Positions 12,611 to 25,881 of a stretch of 64,000 nucleotides of DNA are shown in pieces. The notes below the pieces were generated by a model. It was not told where the DNA came from. It saw only the letters and a list, made by a program, of their open reading frames with translations, and ran no database searches. Source of the DNA: Chiloscyllium plagiosum (lineage: Eukaryota); assembly GCF_004010195.1 (NCBI RefSeq), contig NC_057719.1, forward strand, positions 6,966,740 through 7,030,739, read 5' to 3'. The position numbers and the translations under genes were made by a program. Within the stretch, counting starts at the first letter, position 1, and every line of letters begins with the position of its first letter.

Positions 12611-14954
12611 CGTAGCAGAATGTATTTGCACTGTTTGCTAACAAAGTTGAAATTATTGAGCCTGGGCACTACGGGAAAAGTATATCTGTTATGTAAATTT
12701 AGTTTCTATGGTTGAATTTTTTAATATGAACAGTGAGATGTTCCACAGAACTATAACCTTTGATAGATCTTTGATAGAACTGGGGAGGACTGTAATTCCT
12801 ATGTGATTTTCACAGCTGTTTTCTAATCACAACAGTCATTGAACACCTTTAGAAAATTGCAAGAATATTTTTATTTGAAGGAATCTTTAAAAATGGAAAA
12901 GAAAAGGTTACATTGCACTAAATCAGTAAATTGCAGTTTATAAGAACAGGAAGCAGATGTGTGGTTGTGATTTTTCCCATCTTGATCAGTTTATCTGCGG
13001 GGTGGTGGTAGAATCGCAAGCTACAAACTTCCTGAGGAGTAGTCAGAGGCTGGGAGTTGTCCTTGTGCTATGACGAGAATCTGTTGTCTAAGCCTGAAGG
13101 GAAGAGAGCACCAAAAACAGAATAAGAAGCTAGCATACCCTCCTTTTACTTTGGGACAGGGTGAAAAGATTTCAGATCTTCTGAATTATTCTTTGAAATA
13201 AAGGTATTACACGTGACAATTCTTTTCCTGTTTACTTATATTTTCCAACCTGATTTCTAATGTGGCCTGAAATACAACTTTATTCATACCCTGTCATTCT
13301 GTGAGCTATGTTGATTTAAGATTGGTATTTAAAAAAGAATAACCAATCTTCCAGATGAGACACTTGCTTTGCAATCTCTTTTGAACCATGAGACATTAGT
13401 TTTAATAGCAACCTTGCACACTGGGGAAAAGCATTTTCCCCTCTACTCTTTCTAACCTCATGAAAGGAAAAGCATCTCATTAGTTGCTATTTAAATGAAG
13501 CTTCCGTCCCGTTGTTGTATGATCTTCCTTTCCTAATTGCATGCCTTCTGTGGAATGGCATAAGCTAAAGAAACTATTTACTAAAACAATGAAGTAAAGC
13601 ATAATTAGAACCACTGCAGGGATTCCGTGGATGAGGTATAAATCAAAATGGGTGATGTTACATAATGTGAGTCTACTAAGTGGTGGATTCTGTTTATCCT
13701 GAAATGCATCATCCATTCAGAACTGCCATAAAGCATAATTTGATTGCATGTAAATGTTTACTCATTAAATCAGATATTAGTTTTGAATTTTACAGGACCT
13801 GTATTTTCACTGCACTCTGGAACCCCAAAATAGTGAACATGGGTATCTCTATTCATAGTGGGTGGAAAAAATCCAGTGTACCAATTCATTTACCTAGTGG
13901 AATAACGATATAATTAAAAATCTGCCCTGTACAAAATTTAAGTCACTAATCTTTAGCCTATAAAGAGCCTGGAATATGCCTCCAAGTCATAAACCACTTA
14001 ATGTCTGCTCATAATCTGAGTTACCTAATTACTCTTTAAAAGCATTAACTCCTGTTCAGCTGCAGTAAGTGGTTAATCTTCGGATTACATTCTTTTTGAT
14101 AAAGTACCTAGTCAGTTTTGCATCTCAGTCTTGACTTGAACTCAACATGTACTTCTTCATCCATTTCACGTTAACTGAAGTTTTAATATGTTTAGTGTTT
14201 TATTAGATTCTGTAGCATGCAGCCAAATATTATGGCAGAAAATCAGATTTCTCTTTATAAGAGTTTTGCTGCAAACGCTGCAGTGAGGTGACTCTTGAAT
14301 AAAGCAAAAGAGCTAAGAAATATCTAATGACATGGGGATATAATTTTTGAGCAGTCATGTCAGTGTTATGTTTTGCAGTGGGAAGAAATCTATTTGAGGT
14401 ACAGTATTAGTCAAACCTTATTGTTAACATGGAAATGTGACTTCATGTGATGGCATTTTCAGATGAATAAAATTTTAAAATAATAACGGTAGAAGGGTTA
14501 TATACTTTTGCTTATGTTTTAAAATCCAGATCTGACTTCGTGTATTTTGCAACTGTGTAGGTTCAAACTCCAGATTACTATCCCCTACTGACCCAACTTT
14601 GTAATGTTGATTTTAGCCAGGTTATATATAGAATACTTGATCATATCTAAACTTGTCATCTTGTAAGTAACTACTGAAATTTTTGTGTGTGGCAAATAAA
14701 ATTGTACTTGCAGTTACAGTAATCATTGGTGGCATGACCTTTTATATGAGGCATCCATTATCTTTTAGTACTGTGCAGTTACCAACTACAGTAGTGAGTT
14801 TTAGAAAGGGAGTGCTGCAGTTAGACCAGTCAGTAGCTGTATGTATTCATTGGTCCTTCTGTAGTCATGCTTGCTTCATGGAATTATACAACTCTGATAG
14901 GTGCCTAATTTTTCAGGGCAGCAGCTAAGAGTAGAATGAGTTACCATTTCTTGA

Positions 14955-15620
14955 AATCATAGAATGGCACTGCATGGAAGGAAGCCATTCAGCCTAGCAT
15001 TTCTGTGCTGGCTGTCTGGTAAAAACTCTCTAATTTCCTACTCTTTTGCATACTACTTTGAATAATTTCTTAAGTAGTTACTCAATTTCTTTTTGAAAGT
15101 TAGAATTGAAACCGCTTCCACCCCCACTTTAAGGTGTCAACTTGCTGAGTTCACCCATTGCCAATGGGAGCTATTTCATGTACTTTACCAAAACCTTGCA
15201 TGATTTAGAAAAGTTCTGTCAAATTTTCTTAACCTTTTCTGCTGTAAATATGACAGTTCCAGTCTCTCTGTAAAACTGAAACTTGTTATTCTTGCTATCA
15301 TTCTTGTAAATGTTTCCTACATTTTTCTCTAATTCCTTTGCATGCTTTCTAAAGTGCAGTGGCCAGATTTGAACATCATTCTCCAGTTGAGGCCTAATTT
15401 GTCCTTTAAGCTTTAGCATAACATCCTTGCTTTTGCCTCTGTTAATCAAGCCCAGAATTGTCTTTTTTTGAAATATCATTTTCAGCTTGTCCTACCACCT
15501 TCAAGGTTTGGCATACATAATCCTGGAGGTGTGCTTGTTTTACATCTTCCCATTAAAATGTAACCCTCATATATTTCTGTATTAAATTTCATCTGCTGTG
15601 CATTTGTTGCATTTCCAGCC
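14955..15620 (-). mobile_element. old CR1/L2-clade LINE fragment
   Basis: ILGLINRG..IRPQLENDVQIWPLHFRK resembles the RT C-terminus. Confidence 0.7.
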
Positions 15621-15711
15621 TAATGTGGTAGTGCAGTGTTAATATCATTGTATTAGTAATCTAGAGACCCAAACTAATGTTCTGGGTGCAGGTGAAAATC
15701 CCCATAAAACT

Positions 15712-16262
15712 TGGGGTGTAGGTTTGCTCGCTGAGCTGTAGGTTTGATATCCAGACGTTTCATTACCTGGCTAGGTAACATCATCAGTAGCGACCTCCAA
15801 GTGAAGCGAAGCTGTTGTCTCCTTTCTATTTATATGTTCGTCCTGGATGGGGTTCCTGGGGTTTGTGGTGATGTCATTTCCTGTTTGTTTTCTGAGGGGT
15901 TGATAGATAGTATCTAAATCTGTGTGTTTGTTTATGGCGTTGTGGTTGGAGTGCCAGGCCTCTAGGAATTCTCTGGCATTTCTTTGCTTAGCCTATCCCA
16001 GGGTAGATGTGTTGTCCAAGTCGAAATGGTGGGTTTTTTTCATCCAGTGTAGGGCTACGAGGGAGAGAGGGTCATGTTTTTTTGTGGCTGGCTGGTGTTT
16101 GTGTATCCTGGTGGCTAACTTTCTTCCTGTTTGTCCTACGTAGTGTTTGTGGCAGTCCTTGCATGGAATTTTGTAGATGACGTTGGTTTTGTCCATGGGT
16201 TGTACTGGGTCTTTTAAGTTTGTTAGTTTTTGTTTGAGAGTGTTGGTGGGTTTGTGTGCTAC
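15712..16262 (-). mobile_element. Penelope-like element 3' end (GIY-YIG and pseudo-LTR)
   Basis: NVIYKIPCKDCHKHYVGQTGRKLATRIHKH. Confidence 0.9.
15751..15790 (-). ncRNA. minimal type I hammerhead ribozyme motif
   Basis: Minus strand: cua CUGAUGA u GUUACCU-agcc-AGGUAAU GAAA cg UC ugg; 7-bp helix II. Confidence 0.8.
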
Positions 16263-16437
16263 ATTTAGTGGAATACAAATTCACACAGAAAATTTCAATA
16301 AAATCTGGTTTTGAATGCTCATCTGTCATGGTGGCCACGGAACCTCTCATTTATTATTGTAAAACCCAACATTTTGTTTAGGTAATCTATCTACCATTCA
16401 TATTTGGTCTGGCCAGACAAATGTGTAACTCCTGGAT

Positions 16438-17116
16438 TGTGAAGACGAGGGGGAGGGGGTGGGGGGTGGTGTCTCTGTTCCGCGATCAGTCAATAAACAC
16501 TAGCAATCCAGTCTGGTTCTGTAAGATTTCAGACTTTATTCAATTTCGGCTGGGCACAGATTGTCCAGTAACACGGAGGTTAAACACTTGTGCGCGGTTT
16601 CTCAGAGGAACACATGGCTAAAGACAAAGACATTTTAATACTTTTTTTGAGGTCATAATCACCGAGCACATTGAAACAATTACCAATCAATTTTATTTGA
16701 TAGCAACTTTATTGACAGCAACTTAACACAGTGATATTTCCTGGGAACCAACCTTGTTTTCCAACATCCAAGTACTCCTATCTCGCGACCTAGTCTCTAC
16801 ACCTGCACTTGCAAGGTCAGTTAGGATGGCTAGTAATGTCTTATCTAGTCTAGTGATTTCTATACTGTAAAGGAAGCATTGTCTGCTAATCTTTGTTGAG
16901 ACAGACGATCATTAGTTTAACTTTTAGCAGGGTTAAAAACCATTTTATGCAGCTTTAAGCAGAATTGTCAATTTACAGTCGAGAAGCCATTTTGTCGTGT
17001 TATTGGCATTAAGAAGCCATTTTAATGCTGCCTATGTTAGTAAAAGCATGTATTAAATGGTTATTCCTGTTACTTCAACTAGTTATTTCAGCCTGCATTC
17101 AGATTTCAGATCCTGA
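16438..17116 (-). mobile_element. LTR related to the env-linked LTR at 44741-45520 (probably solo)
   Basis: Colinear similarity (gttccgcgatc, gggcacagatt.gtccag, tagtaatgtc, aagaagccat, taaaagcatg); tttatt at 16535. Confidence 0.75.
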
Positions 17117-17134
17117 ATATGAACAGTCCTTGAC

Positions 17135-17593
17135 TTGGGTGTTTTCAACAGCCTGAATGGGTGTGACCAGCTCTCTCAGATCCAGATTTCTGGATTTTGC
17201 TTTCTTAGTTACAACGTAAGATATTGGGGCCTCAAAAGAGTTGAAAGCTTCAGTGAACGTCTCTTGGCTGCTACTCTGTCAATCATCTTGTGTTTTTTTT
17301 CACCACCTAGGTTGCTAAACTGCACGTGCAAATCTCTGTTTGAATTTTCCTTTTTTGCCAAGGAGTGTGTTTATGGGATGTTACTATATTGGAACAGTTA
17401 ATTAGTAATAGCTACAGTTTCTATTCTGTTAAATTTCCAACAGAGTTGTTGTTTTAAATTCCTTTGCTCAACAGAGTAGTTTGGCCAGTCATGTTGTATC
17501 TAAGACACTTGTCATTAAAATCAGAAAAAGTTAGAGGGTCTAGTCTACCTTCATTAAATATTTTGTGAGGGGATCTGTTTTGGTCCATAAACA
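17135..17593 (+). mobile_element. LTR fragment (family shared with 55208-55668)
   Basis: Shared block ttttgccaagg...gggatgttactatattggaacagttaat; ends ...cataaaca. Confidence 0.6.
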
Positions 17594-18199
17594 GCCTTAA
17601 TCAAGGAGCTCATTCTGACCTCTCAGTTGACCTTGTTACAATGACTACAGCCACATTAATGTAGATATTTGAAGGATTTTTTTAAAAAGCTTCAGCTATA
17701 ACTGACAAAAACTTGGACAATTCTGAAGACGTGGACTTAATTGTGGTAGATGGGAATGTGGATGTCTTTAACAGCACCAATCTGGGAACTCATTGTGGTG
17801 CAGCTGGTTGACCTTGTTACAAAGTCTACTTCTGCAGAATTTTTTTCTTTTCTTCTCTGTTGGCAAAGATATTGAGGCAGCTAAATCCATCATGTCCATC
17901 TTAGTTTCCGAGTTCTCAAAAACACTGAGGGTGAACCTACGGTTTCCGGCAGCATTTCTAACTGCTCAGCAGGGTATGGCATGTTTTGCTCCTGCACATT
18001 CTTGTTCATGACCATTGCATCTACCTGATCTTTGTGTTACTGGTCCTGACCATGCCTCTTACCCATGTGGGGTCATTTCTGTGATTCTGACACCAAACCT
18101 CGTCCCTGTATCAAACTGTCTTTTTCACTTGGCAGGTGACCCCACTAGACTATATATAATGTGTGTGTATTTTATGTATATATGTTTATATGTAGATCT

Positions 18200-18460
18200 C
18201 TCACCCACACATACAACCACGCACGCACAGCCACACACACACACACACACACACTCTCTCTCTCATGCAGAACCTCTCATACACATGTGCTCTCTCTCTG
18301 ACACACGCGCACACAGCTATGCGCACCCTACACTGAGGCATATACTCTTTCACACCTGCATGCGCAGCCCGCCCTTGCGCGCCCACTCTCTCAAGTCTGT
18401 GGGGTAAATTTACATCTGTAGATTTGTATTTGCAGATACATTCTATTTTGTTCAAAAAAG
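18200..18460 (+). repeat. (CA)/(CT)-rich low-complexity tract, probably PLE-derived
   Basis: Interrupted CA/CT runs. Confidence 0.55.
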
Positions 18461-18669
18461 TAAAGCATGGTCATGTCTGGTTTTGTGAAGGGAAACCTGC
18501 CTACCAGCTTTACGTATAAATCCTTTATCCAAAGGATTGAGTATTTATCCAACCACTAAAAGCGGTTCAATGTTTAAAATACTCACAAAAGGCAAACCTA
18601 CCCATTGGGTTTCAAAATTTGGAATAGCTGTTGCTGCCCATTCCACAAACTAGTCTGGTTTGATGATTC

Positions 18670-19208
18670 AAGAGTGTGGTGCTGGAGAAGCATACCAGGT
18701 CAGGCAGCATCCAAGGAGCAGGAGAATTGAAATTTCGGGCATAAGCTTTTCATCAGGAATGAGCTTCATTCCTGCTGAAGGGCACATGCCTGAAACATCG
18801 ATTCTGCTGCTTCTCAGATGCTGCCTGACCTTACATTAGATTAGATTACATTAGATTACATTACAGTGTGGAAAGAGGCCCTTCGGCCCAACAAGTCCAC
18901 ACCGACCCGCCGAAGCGAAACCCACCCATACGCCTACATTTACCCTTTACCTAACACTACGGGCAATTTAGTATGGCCAATTCACCTGACCCTGCACATC
19001 TTTGGACTGTGGGAGGAAACCGGAGCACCCGGAGGAAACCCACGCAGACACGGGGAGAATGTGCAAACTCCACACAGTCAGTCGCCTGAGGCGGGAATTG
19101 AACCCGGGTCTCTAGCGCTGTGAGGCAGCAGTGCTAACCACTGTGCCACCGTGCCAGCAAAACACTCTCTACTTGGATCTCCAGCATTTGCAGCTCTCAC
19201 TTTCTCTA
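18670..19208. mobile_element. PLE family A fold-back insertion interrupted by a SINE
   Basis: Inverted arms around 18765; TSD ggttt(g/t)atgattc at 18657-18669 and 19209-19221. Confidence 0.8.
18832..19155 (-). mobile_element. young full-length HE1-like SINE
   Basis: CpG-rich and nearly identical to 54083-54401; (taatg/taatc)n tail. Confidence 0.95.
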
Positions 19209-20154
19209 GGTTTTATGATTCCTTCACTTTCCAACCTCCTGATCTCTGCCTCTAATTTTTGCCCGTAAGACAAATGGCACTGAGTGGGCCTTGTAGAATC
19301 ATGGAACTACTTCCTGGTCAATATGCAAGGTGGCCGTGACTCCTCAGATGGTCCCGAGATATTCTTGGAAGACTTCTGGAAGTTTAATTAGAACTTCACT
19401 GAGGTGGCAATTTTTCTAATTGAAAAATGTTGAGCCAATTTAGATGAACTCTTGCAACCATCAAGCTTGTACCTGGGCATTTTACCTGGGATTTATGTAT
19501 GTGGACACAGATCTCTCAGGTCACCTACACTAACAAGAATCAATCTGCCTGATGAGGGTGTTCACTTCTATTGGAATAGCCTGCACCTCATATGCTCTAC
19601 TTGCCACATTTTCTCATGAAAAAGCCAGTTGTTGCATCTGTTTGAAGTCCAGTTGTGTTTTAGCTAGTAGATGATTTTGCATAGTTGCTTTGCTAATTCC
19701 ATATATCAGATGGTCTCTAAGCATCTCATTAAGGGTTAAATCAAAGTCGCACGCTTCTGCTGGTTGTTGTCACCTAGTCGAAAATCCAGAAACTGATTCC
19801 CATGGTTCCCAAATTCCCAAGTTAAAAATGATAGTGTTTCAGAATTGGTTCCAGAGCATGTTCCTTAACAATGCCAATCAATTCTTGACAGGTTTTTGTA
19901 TCTGGTGCCTTAGGGAATATTAGGCTCTGAGTAACAGGAAAAAAAACTGAAGCTCCACAGGCTGTCAGGAGAATTACTCATTGTTTTTTGTTTACCCGAC
20001 AAAATGTTCTTTCCATGTACAGGGCACAGTCCTCAATGGCAGGGTTGAACAAGTCGAGCTTCCCAAACAAAGTGATGTAAGAAATGCTTACCCTAACTCA
20101 ACACTGTTGTTGTGAGAGAATTTCTTCACGATCGTACTTTACTCTTTTCACCTC

Positions 20155-20373
20155 TGAAGTAATTCCATATGGGATGTTATCCCATCACCAAGTCACCCTT
20201 TATTTACACATGAACAATCTTTTGACTTTAGTATTGCCTCTTCAGAGTCAACTCTGACACTCCCCTTTTTAGGTGTCAGCAAGGGCTCTCTGATAGTGGC
20301 TATTAATCTGGTCCAATCTGAGAACTCATTTATTCTGAAGTTCAAATGGCTGCCCTCATTATAAATCACTGCA
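20155..20373 (-). mobile_element. solo Gypsy-type LTR (family of 2441-2870)
   Basis: Reverse complement carries tgtaaataaagggtgacttggtga; TG...CA termini. Confidence 0.75.
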
Positions 20374-20579
20374 CCCACATGAGAAGTTTTAGCATATAGC
20401 TATTTGAAGGATGTTTTTTGAAAGCTCCAGTTATAACTGGTCGAGACTTGAGAAGACCTCTTCAGAATTATCTATTTTATGGTAGATGGGAATGTGAAGG
20501 GCAAACAGATCACACATGATCTTATTGAATGACTCAGCAGGCTTGAGGGACCAAATGGCATACTTGTGCTCCCATTTTG

Positions 20580-20676
20580 TGATTCTCCTGCTCCTTGAAT
20601 GCTGTCTGACCTGCTGTGCTTTTTCAGCACCAAACTCTCGACTCTGATCTCCAGCATCTGCATTCCTCACTTTCTC
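20580..20676 (+). mobile_element. PLE family A 3'-end mini-insertion
   Basis: 11-bp TSD ctcccattttg at 20569-20579 and 20677-20687. Confidence 0.8.
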
Positions 20677-23600
20677 CTCCCATTTTGCATGTCTGTCATA
20701 ATGAAGCATGTAGGTTTTGTTTCTGATATAAATGTAAGAATATTACAGGACTATATTCATCTTTTGAATACTGGCGCATGCACAAACACCCATGCACACT
20801 TTCAGAAATGCCTTTTTGCTTGCTGTACGATTTGTTAATCCTTTTATAAACTGAGCAAGAAAACATCTGAGATCAAAACATAAAGTGTAACTGTTTAGAT
20901 TCTAATGTTTGGTTGTGAGATATATTTTAAAATTCCATTTGGTCAAATCCTGATGTTTTTGGCATACAGTTGTCCTGTGCACTGAAACAGAAAAGTAACC
21001 ATTAATGAGAGAAATCGCTCAGATCAGTGGGTTCTTACCTGGAGTATTCAAAGACAAATGCTGAAACTTTAGTTCTGGTTTTTTTTGGTCTACTCTTAAC
21101 GGGTTGCAATTCTCCTCACTGCATCTTTGAAATAAAATGTATTTTAGCACGAGTGAAAGATTTTGACAAATAAATGATTGCTTTTTCTTCTATTGCACTG
21201 GAAAATTGCTATAAACATTTCAATTGCGAGAGACTTGACTCTCAATGTAAAATGAAATAGTTTAACTTTGCATTTCTTTGCAAACACGGGAAATTAGAGA
21301 AAGCTGCACGCAGTTTATTTAATTGCAGCGGAACAGTCATTCCTTCCATTAGAAATACAAGTGCATGCTAACTATGCAAAAATTTCTCTTGTAGTCATGT
21401 TAATTATACAGTCTGTGTATTGAGAGCTTTTGCACCAGCTTTCTGACCAGTCTTTTACATCCTACATTCTCCACCATACATGAAGTAGCTTGGAGAGCAA
21501 TTCTTTATATTTGCAAGTGAGAGGAGATTTCTAATAGGAGTTTAGGAAATGTATACAATTAAGTTTCTTAAACCTCCTTGTAAAGCTCCTAAGAAGGTCT
21601 TTGACTGATAGTTATGCTAAATTAGAACACTGATTTGGTAATTGACAAATGTGAAAGAAAAATTTGCGTTTTTATAACACGTTTTCTTGATTGGACATTT
21701 CAAATCACTTTATGACTAATGAAGTGCTTTTAAATCAGTGGGTTTGATATCTGAAATCTGACAGTCTCTAGAATCATTGCTTCCTCAATGGAAGAGGAGG
21801 GCAACAACTTTATTTTTGTTTTCTCCTTTCAACTCATCCGTCCTAACTCATGTCATGCAAATTATTGATGCAGGAAATTGAGAGACTTTCATTCCCACTC
21901 CCATTTTCACTCTTCCAATCTGATATGCTCTGTGATTGTCTAGCTGTGTGCTCTCTAATGTGAACTAAAAGAAGGATTATTTAAGATGGTACATTGAACT
22001 GCAATTTTTTTAAAGATAAATATTACATCAGAAACTGATTATAAATAATGGAGCCAACTATCCAACTCAACTGTGGCCTTTCTGTTTACGCCAACAGCAG
22101 CATGCCTGTAGCTTTTCATTTCTCCTTCATTAACAAAACCTGATGGTTGTTCTTTTTCAGTGCGGTGGTGCCTAATGGGAATAGGATACATGAAGGCATG
22201 GCAACAGGCATATACACATAAATCATTCGTGAAATATAGGGAGCTAATAAATTTGTTGGCAAATGCAGTACTTCATAAACAATGTCTGTCTGGTGAGTAG
22301 TCACTGCAATCAATGAAGACAACAAACTAATGTGATATTCTGACTGCCTATCAGCAGGAGTTCATTGGAAGTGATAATTTTGTTCTGCTTTATTGCCAAA
22401 ATTTTGAATAGTATTTCTAACTTGGCTAAAGGTGATTTATTTCCTGGTTTGGCACTTAAACTTCACAGCAGGCGGTAATGGTTTCCTATTAATTTAATGG
22501 GCTGTTTTTACTCCTTTTCCAGGCTGTGGGTGTCACTGGCTAGGCTGACTCTTATTGTTTTCCCTAGTTGATCTTATTTAATACAACTGATTGACTAGCT
22601 AAACTATTTCAGAGGTGTTGGGCTAGAATCACATTTTGACTGGATTGGATAAGCACGCTGTCTTTCTAAAAGTCATCAATGAATCAGTTGGAGTTTTTAT
22701 GATTTGGCCACGTCATGCTCATGGCTGATGTCTGCTTGTACATTTCAAGATTTCTTTTTCCGTCTGTTATTGCCTTCATACTTCAAATTATCATTTTGAA
22801 AAACACACAGACTGAAGGGTTTCCTTTTATACCACTCAACTCTGTCATGTTATGTTTTCATAGTCTTCATGCTATTATGGTGCCATTTGAACGTTCATTG
22901 TTTGAGTAATAATCCAAGTATTTTGATTACTCATGGAGTAACATAACCTCCATCTCACCATATATAATCGGTGTAAATTCTGTGGTGAGTTGCCATATCT
23001 TCAGCCCGCTAACACCCCACTATCTGCTTTAGCATATAGGAATACTACACTCACCTGGATGGATGCAGCCCCAAATGTATTGCTGAGGCTCAACAATGTG
23101 TAGGACAAAGTTGTCCATTTGATTAGCACCAAAGCATAACTATAAGTTGACATTGTAGGTACATAATGGCTCCTTTGGAAATTCCCCTCAAACTGATGAC
23201 AGTAAATTCACGTAAACGATACCCTTCACTTTCCTGCCAAGTCATGCACCTTTTCTGACTTGGATGTATATCACTGCGTTATGATCCTGAAATTCCACAT
23301 CTGCCAGTATTGAGAAAACATCTTCCTCACTTGGACAGCATGGTTCGAGTGGAAGGCTTAGTGCCATGTCCTCAAGGGTGATGAAGAATTAATAATAAAT
23401 TTCAGCTTTTGCACATCATGAGGTTAAATTGTAAAAATATACTCCATGATTCTTTCAATGTCTGGACTACATTCCAAGTGGGTGGGTTCATTTTGAGAAC
23501 AAATTTAACACCCGTGGTCTCATTGTAGTAAAGGTTGGTTCTCAAGCGTCTGGTAAATTTTAATGCAGTAACTGAGTTGTTTGTAACTTATTCCTGTACT

Positions 23601-24049
23601 TGAAAACTGTGGACTGACCAAATCTCTCAGGTGTTCTCCTCTTGCCTTTGTACATTTGATTCTAGGATTTGAACAATGCTGTTAAAATTACATCAAAATA
23701 TTAAGTCTCTTTTCCTTCTGAATGTAGTATTGGACTTTTGCATTGAATATCTGCAATCCTTGTGACAGTGCTGCATCATTATATTGGATTGGGAATTCTA
23801 GATTCTGGCCACCTTTAAAGGAATAAGCATGTATTTGGTTCTGTTTCCTATTTTGGTTTCATATTCATTTCCAACATGCACAATTCAGTATAGAATTCTA
23901 ATGAGACAAGTCTTTGTGGAAACTACACATTTGAAAATGCAGAACAATTGGTTCATGATACCTTGCTGTTAATCATTTAATTTCATTGAACTGTGATGCA
24001 GAGTACTGATTCTCATGCTATTTTAATTTTGAAAAAGAAAGATTCCTGA

Positions 24050-25160
24050 AGTTGTTGGTTGGTTCATTGACCTGGTTGATTTTCCCTCCTGGGTGACATC
24101 TTCAGTGCTGTGTAGCCTCTGGATGAAGTGCTGTTGTTGTGATTTGCTCAGAATTTATATGGTTCTACTTCCAGTTTTGTGCTGTAGTGGTCTGTAGATG
24201 GGCTCTATTTCAACGTGTTTTTTAATCGAACAACTGGATGAATACCAAGGCCTCCAGGAATTCCTGAACATCTTTGTTCAGTGTGTTTCAGTATCATCAT
24301 GTTGTTCCAGTTGAATTGATGTCCTACATTTTCAGTGTGTATTGATTTGAGGGAGGACTAGTTGTGTCGTTTGACAGCTGATGCTAGTGTATTCTGGTGG
24401 CACGTTTCCTGCCTGTTTGTCCTATGTAATGTTTCTCACAGTTGCTGCATGGTTCTTTTGAATATTTCATTTGTCCTACATGTGGGTATGGGGTCTCTTG
24501 ACCTGGATAGTAGCTGGCGAAGTGTGACTGTTGGTTTGTGTGTAGTCATTATTCCTAGGGGATGTAGAAGTCTTATTGTTAGTTCTGAGATGTTTCTAAT
24601 GTAGGGTAGACTGATCAGTGTGTTGGGGGTATAGTGTTTTTGTGGTGTTTTGTATGCCAGGCATTGGCAGATGAACCTAATAGGGTGTCCATTATTGGCC
24701 AAGACTTTGTATAGGTGTTTCTCTTTTTTGGTGGAGTTCTGGGGTTGCAGTGTGTTATGGCTTATTTAAGCAGGATGTTTACACAGATCTGTTTAAGGAT
24801 GTTGAGATGGCCACTTTTGCAGCTGAGGATCTGGTCTGCATGTGTAGCCTTTGTTCATTCAACCAGTACGTCCAAGAATGGGAGTTGGTTGTTTTCATCC
24901 CAGTTAATATGCTATACTTGGACCATTAAACGGTAACAAAGGTACCGTCAGTGGAATTACTGGAGGTCGGGTATTCATCCACTGGTTCCATAAACAAACA
25001 CCCCACCTACAGATCACTAAAGTACAAAACCAAAAATAGAACCACCCACCACAGCAAACAGAACCATATAAATTTGGGGCAGATCACAATGGCAACACTT
25101 TTTATTCAGAGGCTACACAGCATTCAAGATGTCACCCGGGAGGGAGATGAAACATATACC
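24050..25160 (-). mobile_element. Penelope-like element with inverted 3'-end copy
   Basis: Minus body (ISLPYIRNISELTIRLLHPLGI) 24050-24930, then a plus-strand copy of its own 3' end at ~24940-25160; decayed hammerheads at both ends. Confidence 0.8.
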
Positions 25161-25881
25161 TCACAACCAAACATTAGAATCTAAACAGTTACACTTTGTT
25201 TTGATTTCAAAAGTTTGCTTACTCAGCTCATAAAAGGATTAACAAATCATACAGCAAGTAAAAAGGTATTTCTGAAGGTGTGTATATGTGTGCGCGCGCG
25301 TGCCAGTATTTAAAAGATGAATATAGTCCTGCAATATTCTTCATTTCTATTACATGCTTCATTATGACAGGCACACAAAATGGGAGGAGAGAGAGAGGAC
25401 TGCAAATGCTGGAGATCAGAGTCACGTTAGCCAGTATTATGTGCTGAACTGAATTTAAGTGAAATGGTAAGAGTAATTCTAAGTCCTTAAGAGCATACAC
25501 TTAGAATGGAATCCTCTTGGGTTGCTAAATAATAATTTTCAGGTGAGAAAGAGAGCATTGAACTGTTTAATTTGGACCGTAATTCTAGAAATACCCAAAT
25601 TGATATTGCCTGAAATTCAGTAAGTGTTATGAAAACTTTGTTTTCACATGGTAGCAAATACCCAAACTCTGAGCCAAAACTGTCCTTTCAAAAGGAACTG
25701 ATTGAACTTGGATTGAAGTTAGTTGGGGAGGTGCAAGGCAACTTTATCAAATATTGCTAGTTTCAGTCCTGAATCAGAGAGCTTTAACCTAAATAATTGA
25801 TATTGTGGATGGTTGCTTCATTTTAAGGGTTAGCATAATTGAGTGGGATCGTGTACAAAATGAACTGTTTAAAAGGATTAC

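Larger units (their letters stand above)
15623..16437 (+). mobile_element. old tRNA-derived SINE (DeuSINE/SacSINE-like) split by a PLE
   Basis: Head at 15623-15710 and body at 16262-16437, similar to 53432-53775. Confidence 0.5.

Noticed and set aside
18866..19123. 85-aa ORF almost identical to ORF 54117-54374, suggesting a duplicated small gene
   Set aside because: Both are antisense readings of young HE1-like SINE copies.
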